Positions 1 to 8,229 of a stretch of 44,060 bases of DNA are shown here, one piece after another; position 1 is the stretch's first letter, and every line of letters begins with the position of its first letter. Source of the stretch: a virus; the IMG/VR virus record IMGVR_UViG_3300045988_092570; one strand, 5' to 3'. Made by a program: the position numbers and the translations under genes. Under the pieces are notes generated by a model. The model had not been told where the DNA came from, did no database searches, and saw only the letters and a list, made by a program, of their open reading frames with translations.

Positions 1-141
1 GCGCTACGGCGACGTGAAGGTCGTGAAGATCCTCGTCGAGAAGCCGCGCGAGCACGAGCAGTTACATCTTTAATCACGCCTGCGGGCGAAAAAGAAAGGA
101 AACAGAACCATGAAACAGTACATCGGAACAAAACTTATCGA
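1..141. repeat. Terminal direct repeat, copy A. It is an exact 141-bp match to 43920-44060 and marks a circular or terminally redundant genome.
   Basis: Bases 1-141 are identical to 43920-44060. The repeat covers the 3' end of the small CDS 43837-43992, the spacer, and the first 32 nt of the DUF2829 CDS. Confidence 0.95.
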
Positions 142-565
142 GGCAGTACCGGCTATCCGCAAGGGCGGCGAAGTTTACGAGAAGACCCAGCCCATCCCAA
201 GAAGCATGGAGCCCGAGGAAGACGGCTATAAGGTCCGCTACCCTGACGGATACGAATCTTTCAGTCCAAAGCAGGTATTTGAAGAGGCGTATCGCCCGAC
301 TGACGGTATGAGCTTCGGTCTCGCCATCGAGGCGGCGAAGAAGGGCATGAAGATCGCCCGCGCAGGCTGGAACGGCAAGAACCAGCATGTCGAACTTGCT
401 TGCTGCATCAGCTATTTGACGAAGGGAGGGTTCCACGTCAATGTGAATCACAACGCCATCGGAAACAATGCGCTGGCCTTTGTTGGTACGAGCGGCGTGC
501 AGCTCGGCTGGCTCGCCTCTCAGGCGGATATGCTGGCCGACGACTGGATGATCGTGGAGGGCTGA
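110..565 (+). CDS. DUF2829-domain protein (Tad2-like candidate Thoeris anti-defence sponge) with an N-terminal extension
   Basis: 151-aa ORF. The C-terminal half has the DUF2829 signature (FGLAIEAAKKGMKIARAGWNGKNQHV ... ADMLADDWMIVEG). The N-terminal KQYIGTKLIEAVP...GYKVRYPDGYESFSPKQVFEEAY module is commonly fused to this domain. Confidence 0.7.
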   Translation: MKQYIGTKLIEAVPAIRKGGEVYEKTQPIPRSMEPEEDGYKVRYPDGYESFSPKQVFEEAYRPTDGMSFGLAIEAAKKGMKIARAGWNGKNQHVELACCISYLTKGGFHVNVNHNAIGNNALAFVGTSGVQLGWLASQADMLADDWMIVEG

Positions 566-568
566 GCG

Positions 569-1174
569 ATGCAGAAGATCAACATTAAAAAGGTCACGAA
601 GGAGCAGATGCTCAAAATGCTCGAGGAAGCGGCGGAAAAGCAGGAAGCGGCGGAAGCCGAGGCGGCGGCACATTTTAAGGACGGCGTAAAACTGGCCGAG
701 GAAAATGAAAAGCTGCGTGGAGAGATCGGCACGCTGACGGAAAAGCTCGAGGAGAATGAAAAGGCGCTGGAAGAGGTCACCGCGAAGTATAAGAGCGCGG
801 ACCATTCGGCGGCGATGCTGCGGTCGCGTATCGACGAGGCAGAGAAGATGCGCGACCAGGCGCTCGAGGCCCACGGTGAGGATATGAAGGCGCTCGAGAA
901 GGCAAAGAACGAAAGCCGCGAGCTGGCAAAGCAGCTTGGCGAGCGCGAGATCGAGCTTGCGAAAGTAAAACAGGAATGCGAGAGTGAGCTTGCAAAGCAG
1001 CGCGCGGAGGCAGAAAAGGCCTTGATGAAGATGAACGCGATCATCAACGGCCTGCTCAAGCGGCTTGAAGCACAGAGAGACATCTCGGAGGACTACCACA
1101 AGAGCCTCAAGTGGTGCATGGCGCATCCGTGGCGCAACGTGTGGCGCTGCATGAAAGAGTATTTCCGCTTCTGA
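569..1174 (+). CDS. Coiled-coil protein, function unknown
   Basis: 201-aa ORF with GGAGGG 7 nt upstream of the ATG. Long E/K/A-rich heptad-like sequence with native high-GC3 codon usage. Confidence 0.75.
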   Translation: MQKINIKKVTKEQMLKMLEEAAEKQEAAEAEAAAHFKDGVKLAEENEKLRGEIGTLTEKLEENEKALEEVTAKYKSADHSAAMLRSRIDEAEKMRDQALEAHGEDMKALEKAKNESRELAKQLGEREIELAKVKQECESELAKQRAEAEKALMKMNAIINGLLKRLEAQRDISEDYHKSLKWCMAHPWRNVWRCMKEYFRF

Positions 1175-1207
1175 CGGACAAAGAGCGGGAGAGGAGGGGA
1201 GAGAGTG

Positions 1208-1483
1208 ATGTTCCGATACAAAAAGAGCGTGCCGGTGAGCTACGAACGGCAGGGATACATCTATTTTTCATCGCTGCTGTATCGAGAAATGCCGGAGAAG
1301 GCGCAGCGGAAGATCCTCAACCTGTGTATGGAGTGCGGCGGCGGGGACTACTGCCGGGCACTTTTCGAATTCGTGACGACGGACGCGAACGCGACGTACA
1401 TCTGCATGAAGCACAGCCTCTCCCGCTCGACGCTCGAGCGGATCGTGCGGAAGTATTACGAAGGTTTCCCACGGAGACTGTGA
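1208..1483 (+). CDS. Small HTH-like protein; possible late-gene regulator by position, function not established
   Basis: GAGGAGGGG lies 8 nt upstream of ATG 1208 (an in-frame GTG at 1205 is also possible). C-terminal HSLSRSTLERIVRKYY resembles an HTH or sigma region-4 recognition helix. Confidence 0.6.
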   Translation: MFRYKKSVPVSYERQGYIYFSSLLYREMPEKAQRKILNLCMECGGGDYCRALFEFVTTDANATYICMKHSLSRSTLERIVRKYYEGFPRRL

Positions 1484-1587
1484 CAGGGCTTCGGCCCTGT
1501 GTGCGCTGCCGCCGAAAGGGCGCGGCGGCGCACAGAAGGCCGAACAGATACTTTATTCAATATCACACGCGCGCGTGCGCGTGTGAT
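1483..1587 (+). promoter_or_regulatory. Cluster of three strong hairpins; candidate rolling-circle origin and/or terminator upstream of rep
   Basis: 1483-1500 is a 7-bp stem with a UUCG loop. 1501-1533 is a 12-bp stem with one G-U pair. 1562-1587 is a 26-nt near-perfect palindrome, ATCACACGCGCGCGTGCGCGTGTGAT. Confidence 0.55.
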
Positions 1588-1644
1588 TCGAGCTTGTAAC
1601 GTATCTTAACTTAACGAACAAATCCAGTACAGGAGGACAGGGCT

Positions 1645-2400
1645 GTGTATCGAGGCAGAACATTCAACCGGGAACGGGTGTACGTATGCGGCGAGTATCT
1701 CGACGGAGACATTTACCCTGTCTTTCAGAAGCCCGGAGAGCGGAGAAAGAGATGCCGCCCGACGAGCGAGATCCAGAAGAAGCTGAACCAGAGGAACGCA
1801 GCGAAGAGATTGACACGCATCGTGCACATGAACTTCACAAGCCGCGACCTCGCCCTGCATCTGACGTATGACCGGGAACACATGCCGGAGAGCGCAGAGG
1901 ACGCGCTGCGTATCGTGCAGAACTATCTGCGCGCCCTCAAGCGGCGGTACCGCAAGCTCGGCCTGGAACTCAAGTACATACTCTCCACCGAGTACGGCGG
2001 GAGAAGCGGCCGCGTCCACCATCACCTGATCGTGAACGCAGGATTAGACCGCGACGCGATGGAAGCGCTGTGGGGGCGCGGCTACGCCAACAGCAAGCGC
2101 CTGCAATTCAGCGACGAGGGCGTGAGCGGCCTGACGCACTACATCACCAAGGGCGACGCGAGCTACAAGCGGTGGAGCGGCAGCCGGAACCTCATCCAGC
2201 CGGAAGCGCAGCCACCGCGCGACGATCTGACGATGGAGGACGTGCGCACGCTTTTCGAGGCGGCGGAAATCCATCTGGCGAACGAATGGTTTGAATCACG
2301 CTTCCCTGGCTATGAGCTCGTGAGCTGCGAGCCGTGCCGCAACGAGACGAACAGGGGGTATTATATCCATTTCGAGATGCGGCGGAAAAAATCTACTTGA
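1645..2400 (+). CDS. HUH-superfamily rolling-circle replication initiator (Rep)
   Basis: GTG start with AGGAGGA 7 nt upstream. Three ordered Rep motifs are present: LALHLTYD (motif I), RVHHHLIVN (HUH) and GLTHYITKG (catalytic Tyr, YxxK). Confidence 0.75.
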   Translation: MYRGRTFNRERVYVCGEYLDGDIYPVFQKPGERRKRCRPTSEIQKKLNQRNAAKRLTRIVHMNFTSRDLALHLTYDREHMPESAEDALRIVQNYLRALKRRYRKLGLELKYILSTEYGGRSGRVHHHLIVNAGLDRDAMEALWGRGYANSKRLQFSDEGVSGLTHYITKGDASYKRWSGSRNLIQPEAQPPRDDLTMEDVRTLFEAAEIHLANEWFESRFPGYELVSCEPCRNETNRGYYIHFEMRRKKST

Positions 2401-2425
2401 CATGTTACATGGAACAATATATAAT
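2397..2425 (+). promoter_or_regulatory. Consensus sigma-A type promoter (TTGACA, 17-nt spacer, TATAAT)
   Basis: TTGACA at 2397-2402, a 17-nt spacer, and TATAAT at 2420-2425. It overlaps the rep stop codon and is flanked by repeated TTACATG/ACATGT palindromic elements. Confidence 0.7.
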
Positions 2426-2448
2426 TACATGTAACAGGAGGTGAGACG

Positions 2449-2622
2449 ATGGCGCAGGAAAGCCGCGCCGAGTACATGAAAGATCGCCGCGCCAACTTCA
2501 AAGCATTCCACGTTGAGGTCGAGAAAGAGCGAATGAAGCGCTTGGAAGATCGACTCGATCAGCAAGGAAAAACGAAGAAGCAATGGCTCGACGAAAAGAT
2601 CGATGAAGAACTCGGAAAATAG
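2449..2622 (+). CDS. Small basic protein (57 aa), unknown function
   Basis: ATG 2449 with AGGAGGTG upstream. Too short for the ORF track. Hand translation: MAQESRAEYMKDRRANFKAFHVEVEKERMKRLEDRLDQQGKTKKQWLDEKIDEELGK. Confidence 0.6.
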   Translation: MAQESRAEYMKDRRANFKAFHVEVEKERMKRLEDRLDQQGKTKKQWLDEKIDEELGK

Positions 2623-2747
2623 CAGAACACCCGCCCGGCCGGTCAAAGCATAGGCGAGTGTTCAACACCGAGGAGGAATCTCCAACGGTAAATTCATTCT
2701 ACCACAGGGGGTTCCTCCACACAAGAGAAAATTTTGAGGAGGAAACT

Positions 2748-2993
2748 ATGAACAACAACTGTGTTCCCGTTTATCGGGACAGCATCGAATCAGAGGCCCT
2801 GATGTGCCGGTGTATCCAGAGCACGCTGGCGCTCATCCGCGCGGCGGTGGAAAATCCGGCGTCAGACTACAGCAGAGAGGTCGGCGACGCCTGTTACTTG
2901 CTCGAGAGTGCAATGGATCAGCGAATCTATGAGCTGAGCCGCATGGCAGAAGGCAAGCTGACCGGCGACCCAAAGGTCGGAGGTGCGGCATGA
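2748..2993 (+). CDS. Hypothetical protein (81 aa)
   Basis: Internal ATG of ORF 2658-2993 with GAGGAGGAA upstream. Coupled to the next gene. Confidence 0.6.
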   Translation: MNNNCVPVYRDSIESEALMCRCIQSTLALIRAAVENPASDYSREVGDACYLLESAMDQRIYELSRMAEGKLTGDPKVGGAA

Positions 2994-3220
2994 ACATGAC
3001 ACCGATGCCACAAGAGAGCGCGGCGGAGATCGCGCGCATGAGCCGATATATCCAAAAGACCAAGGGCGCAGAAAAGACCGTGTACGACATGACGCTCAAG
3101 GAAATGGGGGCGCTGCGGGACATGACGAAGCGCGGCAAGGACTGGGACGCGGTGGAGCTGGCCTTCCTGTACGGGCGGGCCAAGGGCTACCGCGCGGCAA
3201 AAGCGGAGGTGAGCGCATGA
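2990..3220 (+). CDS. Hypothetical protein (76 aa)
   Basis: ATGA overlap with the preceding CDS. Reasonable composition. Confidence 0.6.
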   Translation: MNMTPMPQESAAEIARMSRYIQKTKGAEKTVYDMTLKEMGALRDMTKRGKDWDAVELAFLYGRAKGYRAAKAEVSA

Positions 3221-3483
3221 GATTCATACTGAGCGCAAAAGGTCTGCGAGATATAATTAACTTTGCAATGGTCGACGAGCCGGATTATATCGAGATCGAG
3301 TTGCACGAAAGCGAAAAGAGGGACAAAAGCCGCATTGAGCTTCATTTGTGGCGACAAGAAAGAACAGACACAGGATATCCAAAGTCGGGACGGTACGAGC
3401 ACAACGCGCGCATAGTGTACGTCGATAAGCACTTGGGCGAGAAACTAAAACTGCCATCAATTTGCCGGGAGGAAAGAGCATGA
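3217..3483 (+). CDS. Hypothetical protein (88 aa), paralogue of the next gene
   Basis: ATG 3217 overlaps the previous stop. Shares the motif IE(I/L)H.W...RT(D/E) with CDS 3480-3677. Confidence 0.6.
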   Translation: MRFILSAKGLRDIINFAMVDEPDYIEIELHESEKRDKSRIELHLWRQERTDTGYPKSGRYEHNARIVYVDKHLGEKLKLPSICREERA

Positions 3484-3677
3484 AGTACATTTTCAGCGTA
3501 GAAGAGCTTTACGAAGCAATCGCAGACTTGTATGACGATGGGAGGACTTCTGTTGAAGTCAGCTTAAACGAAAAGGGGAAGCTCGGAAAACCGTGCATTG
3601 AGCTTCATTCGTGGAAGCTCGGAAGAACAGAGTACGAAGAAACGGAGGTCTGCGTAGACCAATACGCAAGCAAATAA
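3480..3677 (+). CDS. Hypothetical protein (65 aa), paralogue of the previous gene
   Basis: ATG 3480 overlaps the previous stop and has GAGGAAAGAG upstream. CIELHSWKLGRTE matches RIELHLWRQERTD in the previous CDS. Confidence 0.6.
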   Translation: MKYIFSVEELYEAIADLYDDGRTSVEVSLNEKGKLGKPCIELHSWKLGRTEYEETEVCVDQYASK

Positions 3678-3683
3678 CGCGAA

Positions 3684-3719
3684 AGCACCGGAGGGAATCT
3701 TCCTTCCGGTGCTTTTTTT
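3684..3719 (+). terminator. Rho-independent terminator
   Basis: AGCACCGGA...TCCGGTGCT stem followed by T7, 7 nt after the stop at 3677. Confidence 0.8.
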
Positions 3720-3833
3720 GAAACGCAACGCGACGACGCGCGCGGGGGAGCCCGGGCGCGCTGTGCGCGTGCGCGATCGTAAAGCATTTGCCGCTCTTCG
3801 CGCGCGTGCGCGCGAGGAAACGCCGATAGCCTT

Positions 3834-3862
3834 AGAGCCGCAAGGGATTGCGGCTCTTTTTT
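3834..3862 (+). terminator. Second rho-independent terminator-like hairpin upstream of terS
   Basis: 10-bp stem AGAGCCGCAA/TTGCGGCTCT with a GGGA loop, followed by a T-run. Confidence 0.65.
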
Positions 3863-3948
3863 CATGCCCGAAAGTTGACGGTTCGAGACCTGTTGCATTT
3901 GCTACACTTTTTGAAAACAAGGCAAGCGCGCCGAGGGGAGGGGTGCGG

Positions 3949-4497
3949 ATGGCGCGGCAGAAGAAGTACACGGCGGCAACGCTGGGCAAGGCCTGCGAGC
4001 GCTATTTCGCAGCGATCACGCGGCGCGTGAAGGTCACGGAAATGGTGGACAGCGGCAAGCGAGACGACAAGGGCCATGTGATCCTCATCCCCGTGCCGGT
4101 GAAAAACACGCTGGGCGAAGAGGTCGAGGTGACGGAGTACATCATCCCGCCGAGCATGCACGAGCTGTGCGCCTTTCTTCGCATCGACCGGGCGACGTGG
4201 AGCCGGTACATGGGCGAGAGCGAGGAATTCGCGGCCGTCGGCGAGCGGGTGCGCGAGCGCATGAAGGCCTGGAACGAGCACGAGATGCTGACGCGGCCGG
4301 GCAAGGACCTGAAAGGAATCCTTTTCAACCTGACGAACAACTACGGCTACAGCGAGAAGAAAGAGGTCGAGCTCGGCGAGCGGGCGACAAAGACCGTGAC
4401 GGCGGCGAGCATCCCGCTCGAGGAGCGGCAAGCGATGCTGCGCGAGCTGATGCAGGAGTTTGAGCACGATGGCGGCGACGAAGACGCGGACCTATGA
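3949..4497 (+). CDS. terS: Terminase small subunit
   Basis: Internal ATG 3949 with GAGGGGAGGGG upstream. The upstream part of ORF 3709-4497 spans two terminators and is unlikely to be coding. Lies immediately upstream of and overlapping terL. The sequence MARQKKYTAATLGKACERYF...LFNLTNNYGYSEK is typical of gp3-type small terminases. Confidence 0.7.
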   Translation: MARQKKYTAATLGKACERYFAAITRRVKVTEMVDSGKRDDKGHVILIPVPVKNTLGEEVEVTEYIIPPSMHELCAFLRIDRATWSRYMGESEEFAAVGERVRERMKAWNEHEMLTRPGKDLKGILFNLTNNYGYSEKKEVELGERATKTVTAASIPLEERQAMLRELMQEFEHDGGDEDADL

Positions 4498-5998
4498 GCG
4501 AGAGCTTGAGGTAGCGCTATGGTGGCGGGACTTCCGCGCGACGAACAACGCGCACTTCCTGCCGCTGCTGTTCGATCAGCACCGCTACCTCGTCCTGAAA
4601 GGCGGCGGCGGCAGCGGCAAGTCGATCTTCGCGGGGCGCAAGGTGCTCGAGCGCGTGACAAGCGAGCCGGGGCACCGCTGGCTGGTGTGCCGCAAGGTGG
4701 CGCGGACGCTGCGCGAGAGCTGCTTTGAGCAGCTGCGCGGGCAGATATCCGACTTCTACCCCGACAGCGGCGCGAAGGTCAACAAGAGCGACATGAGCAT
4801 CACGTTTGCAAACGGCAGCAAGATCCTCTTCGCCGGACTCGACGACCCGGAAAAGCTCAAGTCGATCTACGACATCACGGGGATATGGATCGAGGAAGCA
4901 AGCGAGCTGGAAAAGAAGGACTTCGACCAGCTGGACATTCGACTGAGAACAAACTTCCCCTACTACCTGCAAATGATCCTGACCTTTAACCCGATCAGCA
5001 TCACACATTGGCTGAAAAAGCGGTTTTTTGACCGCAAGGACCCGCGCGCGACGGTGCACGAGAGCACGTATCTCGACAACCGCTTTCTGACGGCGGAGGC
5101 CATCACGACGCTTGAGGCCTTCAAAGAGACGGACGAGTACTACTACCAGGTCTATTGCCTCGGCCAGTGGGGCGTGACGGGCAAGACGGTGTTCGACGCG
5201 AAAAAGGTGAGCGAGCGGCTGCTCATCGTCGAGCGAGCGAAGAAGCCGAGGCGCGGCTACTTCGAAAACGTCGTCAAGGAAGACGGCGTACACCTCGAGC
5301 GCTGGGCGTGGGTGGACGATCCGGACGGCGCGGTGACGATCTACGAGGATGTCGTCCCCGGCCGGCCGTATGTCATCGGCGGCGACACGGCGGGCGACGG
5401 CAGCGATTATTTCGTCGGGCAGGTGCTCGACAACATCACGGGCAAGCAGGTCTGCACGCTGCGCCACCAGTACGACGAGGACACGTATGCGCGGCAGATG
5501 TACTGCCTCGGCAAGTACTACAACGACGCGCTGCTCGCCATCGAGACGAACTTCTCGACGTACCCGACGAAGCTGCTTGACCTGATGGGCTACCGCAACC
5601 TGTACGTGCGCGAGGTGGAGGACGACTTCACAGGCAAGATCAAGCACGCCTTCGGCTTCCAGACAAACCGGCTGACGCGGCCGGTGATCCTGTCTGAGCT
5701 CATCCGCATTCTGCGCGAGAGCATGAGCACGGTGAACGACCGCGACACGCTGCTCGAGATGCTGACATTCGTGCGGCGGGAGAAAGACCTGCAGGGCGAG
5801 GCCGAGCCGGGCGCGCACGACGACTGCGTGATGGCGCTGGCGATCGCGCACTACGCACGGCCGCAGCAGACGATGGGGATCAAGACCGGCGGCAGCACGA
5901 AGAAAACGCGCTGGACGGCGGACATGTGGGAGGACTACAACAGCGCGAGCGAGAGCGAGCGGGCAGAAATGCTGGCGCTCTGGGGCGAGCCGCGATGA
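4469..5998 (+). CDS. terL: Terminase large subunit (PBSX/Terminase_3-like)
   Basis: Walker A motif LKGGGGSGKS, a Walker B-like motif WIEEA, and a C-terminal nuclease region with GGDTAGDGSD and GAHDD. ATG 4469 is preferred over TTG 4460 because of SD spacing. Confidence 0.9.
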   Translation: MAATKTRTYERELEVALWWRDFRATNNAHFLPLLFDQHRYLVLKGGGGSGKSIFAGRKVLERVTSEPGHRWLVCRKVARTLRESCFEQLRGQISDFYPDSGAKVNKSDMSITFANGSKILFAGLDDPEKLKSIYDITGIWIEEASELEKKDFDQLDIRLRTNFPYYLQMILTFNPISITHWLKKRFFDRKDPRATVHESTYLDNRFLTAEAITTLEAFKETDEYYYQVYCLGQWGVTGKTVFDAKKVSERLLIVERAKKPRRGYFENVVKEDGVHLERWAWVDDPDGAVTIYEDVVPGRPYVIGGDTAGDGSDYFVGQVLDNITGKQVCTLRHQYDEDTYARQMYCLGKYYNDALLAIETNFSTYPTKLLDLMGYRNLYVREVEDDFTGKIKHAFGFQTNRLTRPVILSELIRILRESMSTVNDRDTLLEMLTFVRREKDLQGEAEPGAHDDCVMALAIAHYARPQQTMGIKTGGSTKKTRWTADMWEDYNSASESERAEMLALWGEPR

Positions 5999-6012
5999 GA
6001 GGGAGAAAAGAC

Positions 6013-8001
6013 ATGGAAGAAAAAGCAAAGACAAGCACGATCAGCGAGGAGCTGCGCGAGTGGCAGGCGAGGCTGGGTGAGAGCGACGCCAAGTGGTCGA
6101 AAGAAGTCGAAAAAATGAACGAGCGCGAGGCGGTCTACAACGGGGACCGCACGATGCAGCCGCTCGTCCCCGGCGACACGCACCGCGACGGCACGCTGAA
6201 AAAGACGAGCCACGTGCGCAACATCACGTTTGAGAACATCGAAAGCCAGGTATCGAGCAGCATTCCGCAGCCGAAGGTGACGCCGCGGCGCAAGAAGGAC
6301 GAGCACCTGGCCGACGTGATCGAGCACTTTCTGCGCAACGAGCTCGACCGGCTCCCGTTTGAGGCACTGAACGATCTGGCCGAGCGGACGGTGCCCATTC
6401 AGGGCGGCGTGGGCTTTTTGGTCGAGTGGGACAACACGAAGCGCACGAGCACGACCGTCGGCGAGGTGAACGTGACGCTCATCCACCCGCAGCAGTTCGC
6501 GCCGCAGCCGAACGTCTACACGGGCATTGCCGACATGGATTACTTCATCGTCAAGGTGCCGACGACGAAGGGCTACGTCGAGCGCCGCTACGGTGTGCTG
6601 CTTGAAAACGAGGGTGAGAGCGAGCCGGATGTCCGCGGCGGCGACGGCTCCACGAGCGACCGAAACCTGACGCTTTACATCGGCTACAAGCTCAACGAGC
6701 GCGGCGGCATCGACCGCTACACGTGGGTGAACGACACAGAGCTCGAAAACCTCAAGGACTATCAGGCACGCAGGCAGCCGGTGTGCAAGAGCTGCGGCAA
6801 GGTAAAGCCGCTGCCGGGGCAGGAGGTAAACGGCGCGGCCTACTCGGGCGGTGCGTGCCCGTGGTGTGGCGGCAGGGACTGGGAGAGCAAGACGCAGGAC
6901 TTCGAAGAGCTCTATGCGCCGGTACAGCGCAGCGACGGCACGTTTGTCGGCGGGATGCAGGAGACGGCGGGCGAAAACGGCCTGCCGGTACAGGCGCCGG
7001 TGCGCATCCCGTATTACCGGCCGGACCGCTACCCGATCATCTTGCAGCGCAGCGTGAGCGTCTTCGGCCAGCTGCTCGGAAACAGCGACGTTGACATGAT
7101 CCGCGACCAGCAGAACACGAGCAACCGCATTGAGCAGAAGATCATCGACCGACTGATGAAGGCAGGCACGCGCATCACGCTCCCCGACCGGGCGGACCTG
7201 CGCACCGATCCCGAGGACGGCGAGCGCTGGTACATCGGAAAGCCGAGCGACAAAAGCCTCATCGACGTCTACGATTTTTCGGGCAATTTGCAGTACGAGC
7301 TCACGTATCTCGCGCAGGTGTACGAAGAGGCGCGGCAGATCATCGGCATCACGGACAGCTTTCAGGGCAGGCAGGACACGACCGCAACGAGCGGCAAGGC
7401 CAAAGAGTTTTCCGCTGCGCAGGCGGCGGGACGTCTCGAGAGCAAGCGCGTGATGAAAAACGCCGCCTACGCCGAGCTCTTCGAAACGATGTTCAAGTTC
7501 TGGCTGGCGTACTCGGACGAGCCGCGGCCGGTGACGTATAAGGACAGCACGGGCGAGACGATGTACGAGGAGTTCAACCGCTATGACTTCCTCGAAGAAG
7601 GCGAAGACGGCGAGCTGCACTGGAACGATCAGTTCCTCTTCTCGTGCGACACGAGCGCGCCGCTGGCGAGCAACCGCGAGGCGATGTGGCAGGAGACGCG
7701 GCAGAACCTTGAGGGCAGGGCCTTCGGCGACCCGACGGACCTTGAAACGCTCATTCTGTTTTGGGCGAAGATGGAGGAGCTGCACTACCCCGGCGCGGCG
7801 CAGACGAAAAAGCACCTCGAAGAAAAGGCGCAGCGGCAGGAAGAAATGGCCGCGCAGCAGGCGGCCATGCAGGGCGATATGCCGGGCGGCGGCGCGGCGG
7901 TGCCGGATGAGCTGGCCGCGGCGATCGACGCGCAGGCACAGCAGGACGCCATGAACGCCGCGAGCGGCGGGCAAGTGGAAGAACTTTACATTCCGCAGTA
8001 A
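6013..8001 (+). CDS. Portal protein with an inserted CxxC...CxxC zinc-ribbon
   Basis: About 660-aa ORF directly after terL, with an acidic/Q-rich C-terminal tail. ATG 6013 has GAGAGGGAGAAAAG upstream; ATG 5995 is an alternative. Confidence 0.75.
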   Translation: MEEKAKTSTISEELREWQARLGESDAKWSKEVEKMNEREAVYNGDRTMQPLVPGDTHRDGTLKKTSHVRNITFENIESQVSSSIPQPKVTPRRKKDEHLADVIEHFLRNELDRLPFEALNDLAERTVPIQGGVGFLVEWDNTKRTSTTVGEVNVTLIHPQQFAPQPNVYTGIADMDYFIVKVPTTKGYVERRYGVLLENEGESEPDVRGGDGSTSDRNLTLYIGYKLNERGGIDRYTWVNDTELENLKDYQARRQPVCKSCGKVKPLPGQEVNGAAYSGGACPWCGGRDWESKTQDFEELYAPVQRSDGTFVGGMQETAGENGLPVQAPVRIPYYRPDRYPIILQRSVSVFGQLLGNSDVDMIRDQQNTSNRIEQKIIDRLMKAGTRITLPDRADLRTDPEDGERWYIGKPSDKSLIDVYDFSGNLQYELTYLAQVYEEARQIIGITDSFQGRQDTTATSGKAKEFSAAQAAGRLESKRVMKNAAYAELFETMFKFWLAYSDEPRPVTYKDSTGETMYEEFNRYDFLEEGEDGELHWNDQFLFSCDTSAPLASNREAMWQETRQNLEGRAFGDPTDLETLILFWAKMEELHYPGAAQTKKHLEEKAQRQEEMAAQQAAMQGDMPGGGAAVPDELAAAIDAQAQQDAMNAASGGQVEELYIPQ

Positions 8002-8063
8002 GAAAGGCTAAAGGCGCGAAAGAGAAACGCGCAGAGCATAGAAGCCCCCGCAAAGAGGGACAT

Positions 8064-8177
8064 CCCTCGCAAGGGGGACACCGCATCCGTAAGGCAGCAG
8101 AGCCGCCAACGGCTGCGCAGCCCTCGCAAGGGGGACGCCGCATCCGTAAGGCAGCGGAGCTGCCAACGGCTGCGCAG
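8064..8177 (+). repeat. Tandem 57-bp direct repeat (2 copies, 54/57 identical) with GNRA-loop hairpins
   Basis: Unit 1 is 8064-8120 and unit 2 is 8121-8177. Each unit starts with CCCTC-GCAA-GGGGG and contains AGC(C/T)G-CCAA-CGGCT. Confidence 0.9.
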
Positions 8178-8229
8178 CGCATGGCAACAGCGGGAAAATG
8201 CCGAATCCAAAGGAAAGGAGGACGCGGGC

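Noticed and set aside
3709-3948. An N-terminal extension of the terS ORF.
   Set aside because: The extension runs through two rho-independent terminator hairpins and CG-rich palindromes. ATG 3949 has a strong SD.
4517-6034. Very long antisense ORFs opposite strongly supported genes: 4517-6034, 5935-7974, 8429-9547, 11343-12653, 23119-24831, 25615-26763, 28453-30306, 37508-39124 and 39186-40037.
   Set aside because: They are shadow ORFs typical of GC-rich DNA. Their translations are Arg/Ala/Leu/Pro-rich and lack motifs. Each lies antisense to a gene with clear family motifs, SD sequences and native third-position GC.
8064-8177. A possible CRISPR array or DGR template/variable repeat.
   Set aside because: There are only two directly abutting 57-bp units with no spacers. 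No cas genes or reverse transcriptase are present, and no matching variable repeat lies in a target gene.
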